A stretch of 64,000 bases of DNA from Squalus acanthias (Eukaryota), in the NCBI GenBank assembly GCA_030390025.1, contig CM059432.1:141052001-141116000 (forward strand), read 5' to 3'. The position numbers were made by a program, and so were the translations under genes. Below are positions 25,479 through 36,074 of the stretch, in pieces (position 1 is the first letter of the stretch; every line of letters starts with the position of its first letter). The notes under the pieces were generated by a model that was not told where the DNA came from, made no database searches, and saw nothing but the letters and a program-made list of their open reading frames with translations.

Positions 25479-26193
25479 CTGCAACAGATTAAACAGACGT
25501 AACTAACACCAGGTTTCAACAGAGATTTTAAATACTAATCCATGGCAAGAACTGACAGAAAATTAGAATAATGAAGCTGCAGCATCTCAAATTAATATTA
25601 TGTTAAAGGCAAGACTGGAAAAGACAGAAGGCAAAGATGAAGGTTACATACCTTCACGAAAGTAATCTGAGAGAATCAAACATAAAATCAATAGGATATT
25701 GCAAATGAGAAAGGAAAGCAAACTAGAAAACCTTTTAACCAACCAACCAAAAACAATATATGGCATACGTGAGGAATTCCAGGCAGTCAAATTATTTTTC
25801 TCTCCATTTCCAGCAGGGGTCACTAGAAAGTGATCAGTATTTGGAACCCTGGTCGATTTCTCCCTTCCTGACCGAGATTGTACCGCCCCAACAATAACTT
25901 GCATTGACGTAGTGCCTTTAACGTGGTAAAACGTCCCAAGGTGCTCCACAGGAGTGTTATCAGACAAAATTTGACACCGAGCCACATAGGAGATATTTGG
26001 GCAAGCAATCAGAAGCTTGGTCAAAGAGGTAGGTTTTAAGCAGATTCTTAAAGGAGGAGAGATTTAAGGAGGGAACACCAGAGCTTAGGGCCTAGGCAGC
26101 TGAAGGCATGGCTGCCAATGGTGGAGCGATGAAAATCGGGGATGCGCAAGAGGCCAGAATTGGAGAAGTGCCGAGATCTCGGAGGGTAGTAGG

Positions 26194-26328
26194 CAATGTT
26201 CTCTTTAATTTTGTTTTTGGTGCATGGCTCCTTTAAATTTCCATGCATGCGCTGTTTTTCCAATTGTAAAGCCGGCAAGCAGCCTGTGTGGGACCTCCAG
26301 ACAGCTGCGCAGCTCAACGGGAACATTG
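26194..26328. mobile_element. hAT-like mini-MITE nested in an L2 fragment (L2 about 25900-26370, minus)
   Basis: TIR CAATGTTC / GAACATTG; degenerate 8-bp TSD gtagtagg / gttgtaga. Confidence 0.65.
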
Positions 26329-26852
26329 GTTGTAGAGCTGGAGGAGGTTCAAGACATTGGGAGAGAGATCAGCTAACTCAGCAAAGACTGGAGATCATAC
26401 CTGGGGCTTTCCTAATCTGCATGGCTCAGCTACTCACAGTAAACCCACTGAGCTACCAGATGAGCTAGGTAGTGATTTTAAACTGTCCAGACAGACAAAA
26501 TTAAATCTGAACTCCAGCTACTGGCTATTTTGGATCCAAGCAGCACTGCAGGTTCTCTACTTCACAGGGAGAACATGTCATATAATTTATTAAATAACAG
26601 AGCACTTGATGGGACAAAGTGGAGCAGAGCTTTTATATAACTTCGACGGGTGAAAGTTATAAAAAGGTAGCTATCTATCACTCACAAGGTAGGGACAAAT
26701 CTTAGATAAATGTAGAGGTTAAAAACAGGAAACAGTCAGGAAAATATTGCCTTATAAGAAACAAAGTCAAAAAACTATGACTTAAATATGGATGGAAGTG
26801 GACAAGCATATATGAATTAAAAAGAAAACTAATTTAGCATTAAATTTATTAC

Positions 26853-26936
26853 CTGGAAGCGAGGTCAAACTGGAATTTGTTGAGATACTGCAGTTCTTTC
26901 TCAGTAGTTCATAAATACTATTAACGGCCGTCAGCT
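26853..26936 (-). CDS. MTBP: MTBP exon 2
   Basis: ttttgtctaacag| ... |gtaat; (E)LTAVNSIYELLRKNCSISTNSSLTSLP, similar to human FTAANVYHLLKRS...STFP; 84 nt, phases fit exons 1 and 3. Confidence 0.88.
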
Positions 26937-27654
26937 CTGTTAGACAAAAATGATGTTAGTGAATATTACATACATATGAACATATGGAAAAGGCGTGACC
27001 ATTGAGTCTATCCCATTCATCCGTGTTGCAACAAGGCTACACTATCCTCCTCCTCCCCCCACACCCCATATAATCTCCTGCAGGCAAAAATACACATTAA
27101 CAAAAAACACCCGAGACCAATTCAGGGAATAAAGAATTCTGGGAAATTCTTTTCCAACCCCCAATTGCAATTAAAAATCGAGCTCCAGAAGATATTAGTG
27201 AGGTACCATGAGGTACATCACCCAACATCTCACCTACCTGTTGTACATAAGCAATATAAAACTCCTCCAGGAACATGTCCAGCTCCCTTTAGAATGTTTG
27301 CAGTGAATCTACATTACCTGTACGACCTGGAAAGCTATTCCAAAGCTCTGTGAAAAGGAAAACCTCCCGACATCTATCCAAGATCTATGCTTACGTAACT
27401 TATACATGCCTTCACATTCTCCACAACTTATCTAATTCAAATCATCTGGCCTATTGCGGTACCCAAGGGTTTTTAAACCAGGTATTAATCTAATGGCCCT
27501 CCTCTGAACATTTTCCAGGGCCTCTATTTCTCCCGCCATGCGAGGGGACCAGAACTGGACAGTTTTCCAAATGAGGCCTCCACAAAGTCTTGTACAACGA
27601 TACAAGAATAATATTGTGATTTTTGTTTTATGTTCGATCATCTTAGCTGTAAGA

Positions 27655-27985
27655 AAGAAAGAACCTGCATTAATACAGCACTATTCACGACCTTAGGACG
27701 TCCCAAAGCACTTTACAGCCAATAAAGTACTTTTTGAAGTGTAGTCACTGTTGAAGTGAAGAAAAGTCAGCAGCCAATTTGCACACAAGATCCCACAAAC
27801 AGCAATGAGAGATAAATATTGTCCAGGATTGCCCTGCTCTTCTTCAAAATTGCACCAAGGAATCTTTTACATCCACCTGAGAGAGTAGATGGGGCCTCGG
27901 TTTAATGTCCTATTCGAAAGACGGCACCTCTGCTAGTGCAGCACTGAAGCATCAGCTTAGATTTTGTGCTCAAGTCTCGGGAGTG
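27655..27985 (-). mobile_element. Degenerate SacSINE1-like SINE
   Basis: Similar to 15878-16345 (aagtactttttgaagtgtagtcactg, gaaagacggcacctc). Confidence 0.75.
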
Positions 27986-28148
27986 TGGCGTGATACATCC
28001 TAATGCTCAATTTTCACTGCGAGGCTTTCAGTGCAGCCTCTCAGCACTGGTTGTGAACCTTTAGAGACTCATGCACCATAACACCTAGGTCACTTTCCCT
28101 CTCGCATTACATTTCCCACATTACAACAGTGACTAAACTCCAAAAGTA

Positions 28149-30215
28149 TCGTCACTGTCACTGACCTCATCTCCTCTGGAGAGCTTCCCTCCACGGCCGC
28201 CAACCTCATAGTTCCCCAACCCCGCACAGCCCACTTCTATCTCCTTCCCAAGATCCACAAACATGGCTGCCCTGGTAGACCCATCGTTTCAGCCTGTTAT
28301 TGCCCCACGGAACTTATCTCTTCCTATCTCGACTCTATTTTTTCTCCCCTTGTCCAGTCACTTCCCATCTACATCCGCGACTCTTCCGCGCCCTCCGCCA
28401 CTTTAACAGTTTCCAGTTTCCTGGCCCCAACCGTCTCCTTTTCACTATGGACGTCCAATCCCTCTACACCTCCATCCCCCACCAGGATGGCCTGTGGGCG
28501 CTCCGCTTCTTCCTTGAAGAGAGGCCCTACCAATCCCCTTCCACCACCACCACCCTCCTCCGCCTGGCTGAACTTGTTCTCACATTGAACAACTTCTCCT
28601 TTGACTCCACTCACTTCCTCCAAATTAAAGGTGTTGCTATGGGAACCCGCATGGGTCCTAGCTATGCCTGCCTTTTCATGGAACATTCTTTGTTCCAATC
28701 CTACTTAGGTTCTCTCCCTCACCTCTTTTTCCGGTACATTGATGACTGTATCAGTGCCGTTTCCTGCTCTCGCCCTGAACTAGAAAATTTCATTCACTTT
28801 GCTTCCAACTTCCACCCTTCCCTCACATTCACATGGTCCGACTCTTCCCTTCACTTCCTCGACTTCTCTGTCTCCATCTCTGGGGATAGGCTATTGACAA
28901 ACATTCACTATAAGCCGACTGACTCCCACAGCTACCTGGACTACACTTCCTCCCACCCCGCTTCCTGTAAGGATTCTATTCCATCCAGTTTCTCCATCTC
29001 TGCCGCATCTGCTCTGACGATGCCACCTTCCATACACGTGCTTCCAATATGTCTTCCGTTTTCCTCAACCGAGATTCCCCTGTACCATGGTTGACATGGC
29101 CCTTGACCGTGTCCGTTCTATTTCCCGCACTTCTACTCTCACCCCTTCCCCTCCCTCCCGGAACCACAATAGGGTTCCCCTTGTCCTCACCTTTCACCCC
29201 ACCAGCCTCCACATTCAACGCATCATCCTCCTCCGTCATTTCCGCCACCTCCAGCGTGATCCCACCACCAAACACATCTTCCCTCACCTCCCCTTTCAGC
29301 ATTCCGAAGGGACCACTCCCTCCACGACACCCTGGTCCACTCCTCTATCACCCACAACACCTCTTCCCCTTCCCATGCAAGCGCAGGAGATGCAACACCT
29401 GTCCTTTTACCTCCTCCCTTCCCACTGTCCAGGGCCCCAAACACTCCTTCCAGGTGAAACAGATTTTTACTTGTACTTCTTGCAATTTAGTATACTGTAA
29501 CTTATCAATCAGGCAAGTCATTTGTCATGTCAAAAAACAGTTTAAAACAGCTGCTCACAATGCAGTCTCCTCTACATTGGGGAGACCAAACGCAGATTGG
29601 GTGACCGCTTTGTGGAACACCTCCACTCAGTCTGTAAGGGTAACCCCGAGCTTCCGGTCGTCTGTCACTTTAATCCTCCACTCCACTCCCACTCTGACCT
29701 CTCTCACTGTTCCAACAAAGCTCAACGTAAGCTCAAGGAACAGCACCTCATCTTTCGATTAGGCACTTTACAGCCTTCTGGACTCAACATCGAGTTCAAC
29801 AATTTCAGACCATAACCTCTGCCCCAATTTTTTTTTCCCTCTCACATGGCAGCTGTCGATCATTCTGCCATTGCCATTTACACTTCATCTAGAGTCATCT
29901 TTTGTTTCTTAACTTGTCCCATTACCATCTCCTTTTGCCTTGCACCATCATCCCCTTTGTCTTTTAATCTCTCCTGCCTTCCATCCTATCACAGACCTTC
30001 CCTTTTGTTCTTTCCTCCCCTCCCCCCTCTCCTTGCCCCTACACTTGCTTAAAAACCTGTTCCATCTCCAACTTTTTCCAGTTCTGACGAAGGGTCCTCG
30101 ACCTGAAACGTTAACTCTGTTTCTCACTCTACAGATGCTGCCTGACCTGCTGAGTATTTCCAGCATTTTCTGTTTTTATTTCAGATTTCCAGCATCCGCA
30201 GTATTTTGCTTTTGT
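28149..30215 (+). mobile_element. 5'-truncated Penelope-like retroelement (RT, GIY-YIG endonuclease, terminal repeat)
   Basis: ORF 28300..29094 [65 protein letters not shown] remnants (LVYC..., LYIGETKR, DRFVEHL, EQHLIFRLGTLQPSGLNIEF). 10-bp TSD TCCAAAAGTA at 28139-28148 and 30216-30225, inside a SINE tail. Confidence 0.93.
30079..30118 (+). ncRNA. Putative minimal type I hammerhead ribozyme motif in the Penelope terminal repeat
   Basis: c agtt CTGACGA a gggtc-ctc-gacct GAAA c gtt aact: both core boxes, stem II, palindromic AACGTT stem III, and stem I agtt/aact. Confidence 0.62.
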
Positions 30216-30979
30216 TCCAAAAGTACATCATTGGCTGCAAAGCGCTTTGAGACATCCGGTGGTCGTGAAAGGCGCTATATAAATGCAAGTCTTTCTTTTT
30301 CTTTCTTTCTCAGCAGACTAATTCAGAAACCAGCATGGTATACACATGGTTGGCATTAGCGCTACCCTCATGCACAACACCACATATATCTACATTAAAT
30401 ATCATCTGCCAGAAGCAGGTTCATTACCCATCAGATCTAGATCAGATCAGACAAATCTCCAGGATCTGATGGTATTCATCCCAGGGTATTAAAGGAAATA
30501 GATGAGGAAATTGCAGATACATTAGTCATAATTTTCCAAAACTCTCTAGACTCAGGAATTGTGCCTTTGATTGGAAAATCACAAATGTCACTCCATTGTT
30601 TAAGGTGGTAGGGAGGGAGACCAAAAATCGACAGACTAGTCAGTTTAACAACATGCCTACAACAGATTATCTGGTCATTATCACATTGCAGTTTGTGGGA
30701 CCTTGCTGTGCACAAATTGGCTGCTGCATTTCCCACATTACAGCAGTGGCTACACTTCAAAAGTACTTCATTGGCTGTAAAGCGCGTTCGGGCGCCCCGA
30801 GGTCGTGAAAGGCACGATAGAAATGCAAGTCTTTCTTTCTTTATCTTCATACCTAACCTGCCCTGGTAAATCCTTTAACTCTGTTTCTCTCTCCACAGAT
30901 GCTGCCTGGCCTGCTGAGTGTTTCCAGCATTTTCTGTTGTTATTTCTGATTTCCAGCATCCGCAGTAGTTTGCTATTGT

Positions 30980-32570
30980 AAGGAGATATCAGGACAGGTG
31001 ACCAAAAGCTTGGTCAAAGAGCTAGGTTTTAAGGTGCGTCTTAAAGGAGAAAAGAGAGGTAGAAAGGCGGAGAGGTTTAGGGAGGGAATTCCAGCGCTTA
31101 GGACCTAAGCGACTGAAGGCACGGCTACCAATAGTTGTGCAATTAAAATCAGGGATGCACAAGAGGCCAGAATTGGAGGAGCGCAGATATCTCGGAGGGT
31201 TTAGGACTGGGGGAGATTACAGAGATAGGGAGGGGCGAGGCCATGAAGGAATTTGAAAACAAGGATGAGAATTTTAAAATTGAGGTGTTGCCAGACCAGG
31301 AGCCAATGTAGGTCAGAGAGCACAGGGATGATGGGTGAACAGTACTTGGTGCGAGTTAGGACACGGGCAGCAGAGTTTTGGATGAGCTCCAGTTTATGCA
31401 AGGTGGAAGATGGGAGACCAGCCAGGAGTGCATTGGAATAGTCAAGTTTAGAGGGAACAAAGGCATGGCTGAGGGTTTCAGCAGCAGATGAACTGAGGCA
31501 GGGGCGGAGCCGGGCGATGTTACAGAGGTGGAAGTAGAAAGTCTTGGTGATGAAGCGAATGTGTGGTCAGAAGCTCATTTGGTGTCAAAAACGACACAAA
31601 GGTTGCAAACGGTCTGGTTCAACCTCCGACAGTTGCCAGGGAGAGGGATGAAGTCGGTGGCTAGGGAACGAAGTTTGTGGCAAGGATGGAAGACAATTTC
31701 CTAATGCTTAGTTGGAGGAAATTTCTGCTCATCCAGTCGGGCAAATAGTGTAACAAATCAGAGGCAGTGGAGGGGTCGAGAGTGGTGGTGATGAGGTAGA
31801 GCTGAGTGTAGTCAGCGTACATGTGGAACCTGATGTGTTTTCAGATGATGTCGTCGAGGGGCAGCATGTAGATGAGAAATAGGAGCAGGCCAAGGATAGA
31901 TCCTTGGGGGACACCAGAGGTAATGATGCGGGAGCGGGAAAAGAAGCCATTGCAGGTGATTCTCTGGTTATGACTGGATAAATAAAAATGGAACCAGGCG
32001 AGAGCAATCCCACACAGCTGGACGACGAAGGAGGCGCGTTGGAGGAGGATGATGTGGTCAACCGTGTTAAAGGCTGCGGACAGGTCTAGAAGGATGAGGA
32101 GGAATAGTTTACCTTTGTCACAGTCACACAGGATGTAATTTGTGATTGGATTAATTAGTTAATCAGCTAACATGGGGACCAAGGGGGGAAGCTGGGTGTT
32201 CAACAGTTTGGTGGGAATAGAGTCAAGGGAGCAGGAGGTGGGTATTATGGACAAGATGAGCTCGGAAAGGGCATGATGGGAGATAGAAGAGAAACTAGAG
32301 AAAGATGTGAGTTCGGGGTGGGCAGCAGGGAGCCTTAGAGGAAGTTTGGCCCAGTGGGCTAGGGGAAGGAAGGGAAGTGGCAGAGGCAGCTTAATGGATG
32401 GTCTCAATCTTTGTGACAAAGTAGTCCATGAGCTCCTCACACTTGTTGTTAGAGGTGAGGGTGGAGGAGGCAGGTGAGAGGGGTTTAAGATGACAGTTTG
32501 TGGTGAAGAGAAGCCGGGGTTATCTTTGCATTCCATGATGATCCTGGAATAGTGAGCAGTTTTGGCAGGA
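30980..32570 (-). mobile_element. L2 LINE ORF2 3' portion
   Basis: Minus-strand KLELIQNSAARVLTRTKYCSPIIPVLSDLHWL..., PTSCSLDSIPTKLLNTQLP. Confidence 0.88.
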
Positions 32571-33091
32571 AAATATTAGTTGAACTACCTGCCCAGAAGA
32601 TTGTTGCTTCTCAGCCTCAATTTTACAGTTAAAATAATTCTTAAGCAAACTAATCTCACCATATTTTATTTCAAGAGGCCACTACACATTTTCTTTCTCC
32701 TCTCCAAACAAAATGTAGAAGGTTAATTAAAATCATCCATCGTTTCATTGCTTTAGTAACTACAAAATTCATTAAATTCACAAAACTCAGATGCTACATT
32801 AGGTCAATTAATAAGTTTTCTACATTAACACAGTAACTACTCTTCAAAAGCACTTCATTGGCTGTAAAGCGCTTTGAGACTTCCTGAAGTCATCAAAGGC
32901 ACTACAGAAATGGGAGTCTCTCTTTCATGGACCTAAAAAGTGACCAACCTGAAACGATTAATTGTTTCTCTCTCCACAGTTGCTGCCTGACCTGTTGAGC
33001 ATTTCCAACATTTTCTGTTTTTCTTTCTCTTTAATTGAACTAGACTATTCACACAGGTAAACAACTCAAAATAGTTGGTTGTTACAAAGTA

Positions 33092-33509
33092 CAGGAAACT
33101 TTCGTTTATCCGGCATCGACGGGACCAGCGTGGTGCCGGTTTATCGAAAGTACCGGATAACAGAGAGTTATATCTACCGAGGCTATTTTTAACAAAGAGA
33201 CTCCAAGCAGCACGGGGAATCTACTCATGCGACTGCAATGTTTCGGACTTGCGACAGCGCCAGGAGGCCGAGTAGTGGCAATTTTGAAAAGTACCCCTAC
33301 TGACTTAATCGGCGTTCGCGGACTCGGACTCGGGATCGGCAACATTGCCGGTTATTTGAGAGGATTTTTCGGAGCACTCAGCGTTCGCGGAGACTCGACT
33401 GCGACTCGGCAACATTGCCGGTTATTTGAGAGGAGTTTTCGGAGGATGATTTTTGCCGGTTAAGCGAGAATTCCGGATATTTGGGTGCCGGATAAACGAA
33501 AGTTTCCTG
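33092..33509 (-). mobile_element. pogo/Tigger-like MITE, copy B (inverted relative to copy A)
   Basis: Same 24-bp TIR, TA on both sides; internal sequence is the near-identical reverse complement of 9307-9731. Confidence 0.92.
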
Positions 33510-33624
33510 TACTATGCTATTCTTTCCCCTCTCGCTATTATTCAGGCTATGAGTTTATTGTGCAAGTCGTGTCACCATAACACTTTAATGCATCTAATGA
33601 ACAATTTATAAATACAGCACTCAC

Positions 33625-33694
33625 CAGCAAACTCCTCATCTTTATACTGGTCACCTCTATAATTCCAAACAACTAATAGCACATATCGATCCAT
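33625..33694 (-). CDS. MTBP: MTBP (Mdm2-binding protein, Treslin partner) coding exon 1
   Basis: Minus strand ATG at 33694 reads MDRYVLLVVWNYRGDQYKDEEFA, resembling the human MTBP N-terminus MDRYLLLVIW as recalled; donor G|gtgagt; 70 nt, phase 1. Confidence 0.92.
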
Positions 33695-34060
33695 TGAGAG
33701 ACTTAAGAACTGGCTGTCGTCAAATAAATGCACAAACTGTTTAAAGGTGCAAAGGTTGTCTCGTAGTGGCCGGCTTATGTGTGTCTTCCCATTTTCCTTG
33801 AGTATCTCAGCTTGGTCTCAAGTCCACACTCCTCAAGGTTCTCTCTGGTTCCAAGAATTCCAAGATTCCAAGAATCTGCAGCCCCGCAGGCTTCCCCTCT
33901 CTGGCGCCTTCTGCCTTTGTTTAACGTGGGCCTTTCTGCATCTGGACATTAACTCTGGTTCCTTGCGTGTTTACCTACAGTCATTGGCCCGGGTCAGTGT
34001 GTGAACACAAAGCTGCCCAGTGCCTGCTTCCTGCAGACTCTGGTGAGAGTGATGGTCCAA

Positions 34061-34495
34061 CTCTCGGACTGACGGCTGACCGGGGGGCTCGCGGACTGAC
34101 GGCTGGCCGGGGGGCTCGCGGACTGACGGCTGGCGGGGGGCTCGCGGACTGACGGTTGCTAGGGCTCTCGGACTGACGGTTGCTAGGGCTCTCGGACTGA
34201 CGGTTGCTAGGGCTCTCGGACTGACGGTTGCTAGGGCTCTCGGACTGACGGCTGGCGGGGGGCTCGCGGACTGACGGTTGCTAGGGCTCTCGGACTGACG
34301 GTTGCTAGGGCTCTCGGACTGACGGTTGCTAGGGCTCTCGGACTGACGGTTGCTAGGGCTCTCGGACTGACGGCTGGCCGGGGGGCTCGCGGACTGACGG
34401 CTGGCCGGGGGGGCTCGCGGACTGACGGCTGGCCGGGGGGGCTCGCGGACTGACGGCTGGCCGGGGGGCTCTCGGACTGACGGCTGACCGGGGGT
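34061..34495 (+). repeat. GC-rich minisatellite, 17 units of 24-28 bp
   Basis: Units CTC(T/G)CGGACTGACGG followed by either TTGCTAGGG or CTGGCCGGGGGG-type tails; counted by eye. Confidence 0.95.
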
Positions 34496-34881
34496 CTCTC
34501 GCTAGGTTTCCCTGCCCCTTTCTCCAATTGGCGTATCTCTGGCGCAGTGACGATGCCCCGGTGTTCCCGCCGCGCCGGCTCGAGCTCCTCTTTTCACAAA
34601 ACTCGCGCGCTCTTTCCGTTTCCGGGAGATGTGTCACCCAGTGACCAGTCCGGCTGGGGACCAAACTCCTCCATTCGGAACCTGCAGTTTATTTATTTTT
34701 AAACCACCTCTGTGCTACTTTACTCAGAGCTTGGCAACGTCAGTCACTCCAATACGTCTCGCTACATGGAAAATGAAAAACCAAGTACTGTGGCTTAAAA
34801 TTGGATTAATCAGGTTTTCCGACGACATGTTTCTCTTCGGAAAGATTCAGGCGCTGCACACGCGACTGGGCTTCTAACAAC

Positions 34882-34908
34882 ATGTCCAATTTCACCAAGG
34901 CTGCTCAG
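34882..34908 (+). CDS. MRPL13: MRPL13 (mitochondrial ribosomal protein uL13m) coding exon 1
   Basis: aacaacATG TCC AAT TTC ACC AAG GCT GCT CAG|gtgagc = MSNFTKAAQ; human MSSFSRAPQ; 27 nt. Confidence 0.92.
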
Positions 34909-34959
34909 GTGAGCAATGGAGACATGTTCCGGACTCGGGAGAGACAGAAAGATTATGAA

Positions 34960-35355
34960 GAAAGATTTGCATTTATATAGCGCCTTTCACGACCTCAGGT
35001 CGTCCTAAAGCGCTTTACAGCCAATGAAGTACTTTTGAAGTGGAGTCACTGTTCTAATGCAGGAAACGCAGCAGCCAATTTGGGCACAGCAAGCTCCCAC
35101 AAACAGCAATGTGATAATGACCAGATAATCTGTTTTAGCAATGTTGGTTGAGGGATAAATATTGGCCAGGACACCGGGGAGAACTCCCTTGCTCTTCTTT
35201 GACATAGTGCTGTAGGATCTTTTACGTCCACCTGAGAGAGCAGACTCCACCTCAGCACTGCACTGGGAGTGTCAGCCTAGATTTTTGTGCTCAAATCTCT
35301 GGAGTGGGATTTGAACCCACGACCTTCTGACTCCAAGGCGCGAGTGCTACCCACA
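34960..35355 (-). mobile_element. SacSINE1-like SINE just inside MRPL13 intron 1
   Basis: B-box GGTTCAAATCC on the minus strand; body and tail match 15878-16345. Confidence 0.85.
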
Positions 35356-35574
35356 TGAGAGACATAGTGGAGAGAGAAAAAACACAGAGGAGAGGAGAGG
35401 GAGTGGGGAAGAGAGAGAAACCAAGGGTCAAGAAAATATACTGGTTCAGGTATGGGGGATGCTGGAGAAGTTGGTACCAAAAATGGGTAATTCAGAGAGG
35501 GAGTAGAGGGAGCAATACTTGGGAAGGAGAGAGAGGGGGGAGGATACTTTGGGAGGAGAGGGGTAGTACATTCT

Positions 35575-35597
35575 GAGAGAGAGAGAGAGAGAGAGAG
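35575..35597 (+). repeat. (GA)n microsatellite in a purine-rich tract
   Basis: gagagagagagagagagagagag, seen directly. Confidence 0.9.
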
Positions 35598-36074
35598 GAG
35601 GAGGTCCCAGGAGATAGGAGATACTGGGAGAAGGACCGATACCCAGAGAGGTGCTGTACCAAACTTTTGGTCATCTGTCCTAATATCCTCTTCTGACTCG
35701 GTGTCAAATGTTGTTTGATAACACTCCTGTGAAGCGTCTTGGGACGTTTTACTACGTTAAAGGCGCTATATACTGTAAATGTAAGTTGTTATTGAAGAAC
35801 GTGTTAGGCATGAAGCTTATGACAAACACATGAAGGTGTGTTTATTTTAAAGAATGAGATGCATCAAAGTAGGTGACATTGTTACACTAAGATGGATAAA
35901 ACTAAGATGGATAATTAGCAGCTGTAATAAGTGAGAGTTAACAGGTCTGGCATAAATGTTTTCTAAACAGAGATGAAGTACTAAAATGTTGTACTGCTGA
36001 AATGCTGCTCTATTGGGGGTGAAATTGTGATGTAGAGACAGTGGATGGACTGAGTTGGGCTGGAGTTCCTCTTC

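Larger units (their letters stand above)
33700..34950. promoter_or_regulatory. CpG-rich bidirectional promoter between MTBP and MRPL13
   Basis: Divergent ATGs about 1.19 kb apart; high CpG density compared with the flanks; CCAAT/ATTGG (ccaattgg near 34524), E2F-like TTCCCGCC near 34564, ETS-like TTCCG motifs near 34614-34625. Confidence 0.8.

Noticed and set aside
34061..34495. CRISPR-like look of the repeat array, and the repetitive ORFs (ALATVSPR)n at 34231..34527 and 34353..34664
   Set aside because: There are no unique spacers or cas genes and the context is eukaryotic. The ORFs are by-products of a stop-free minisatellite.
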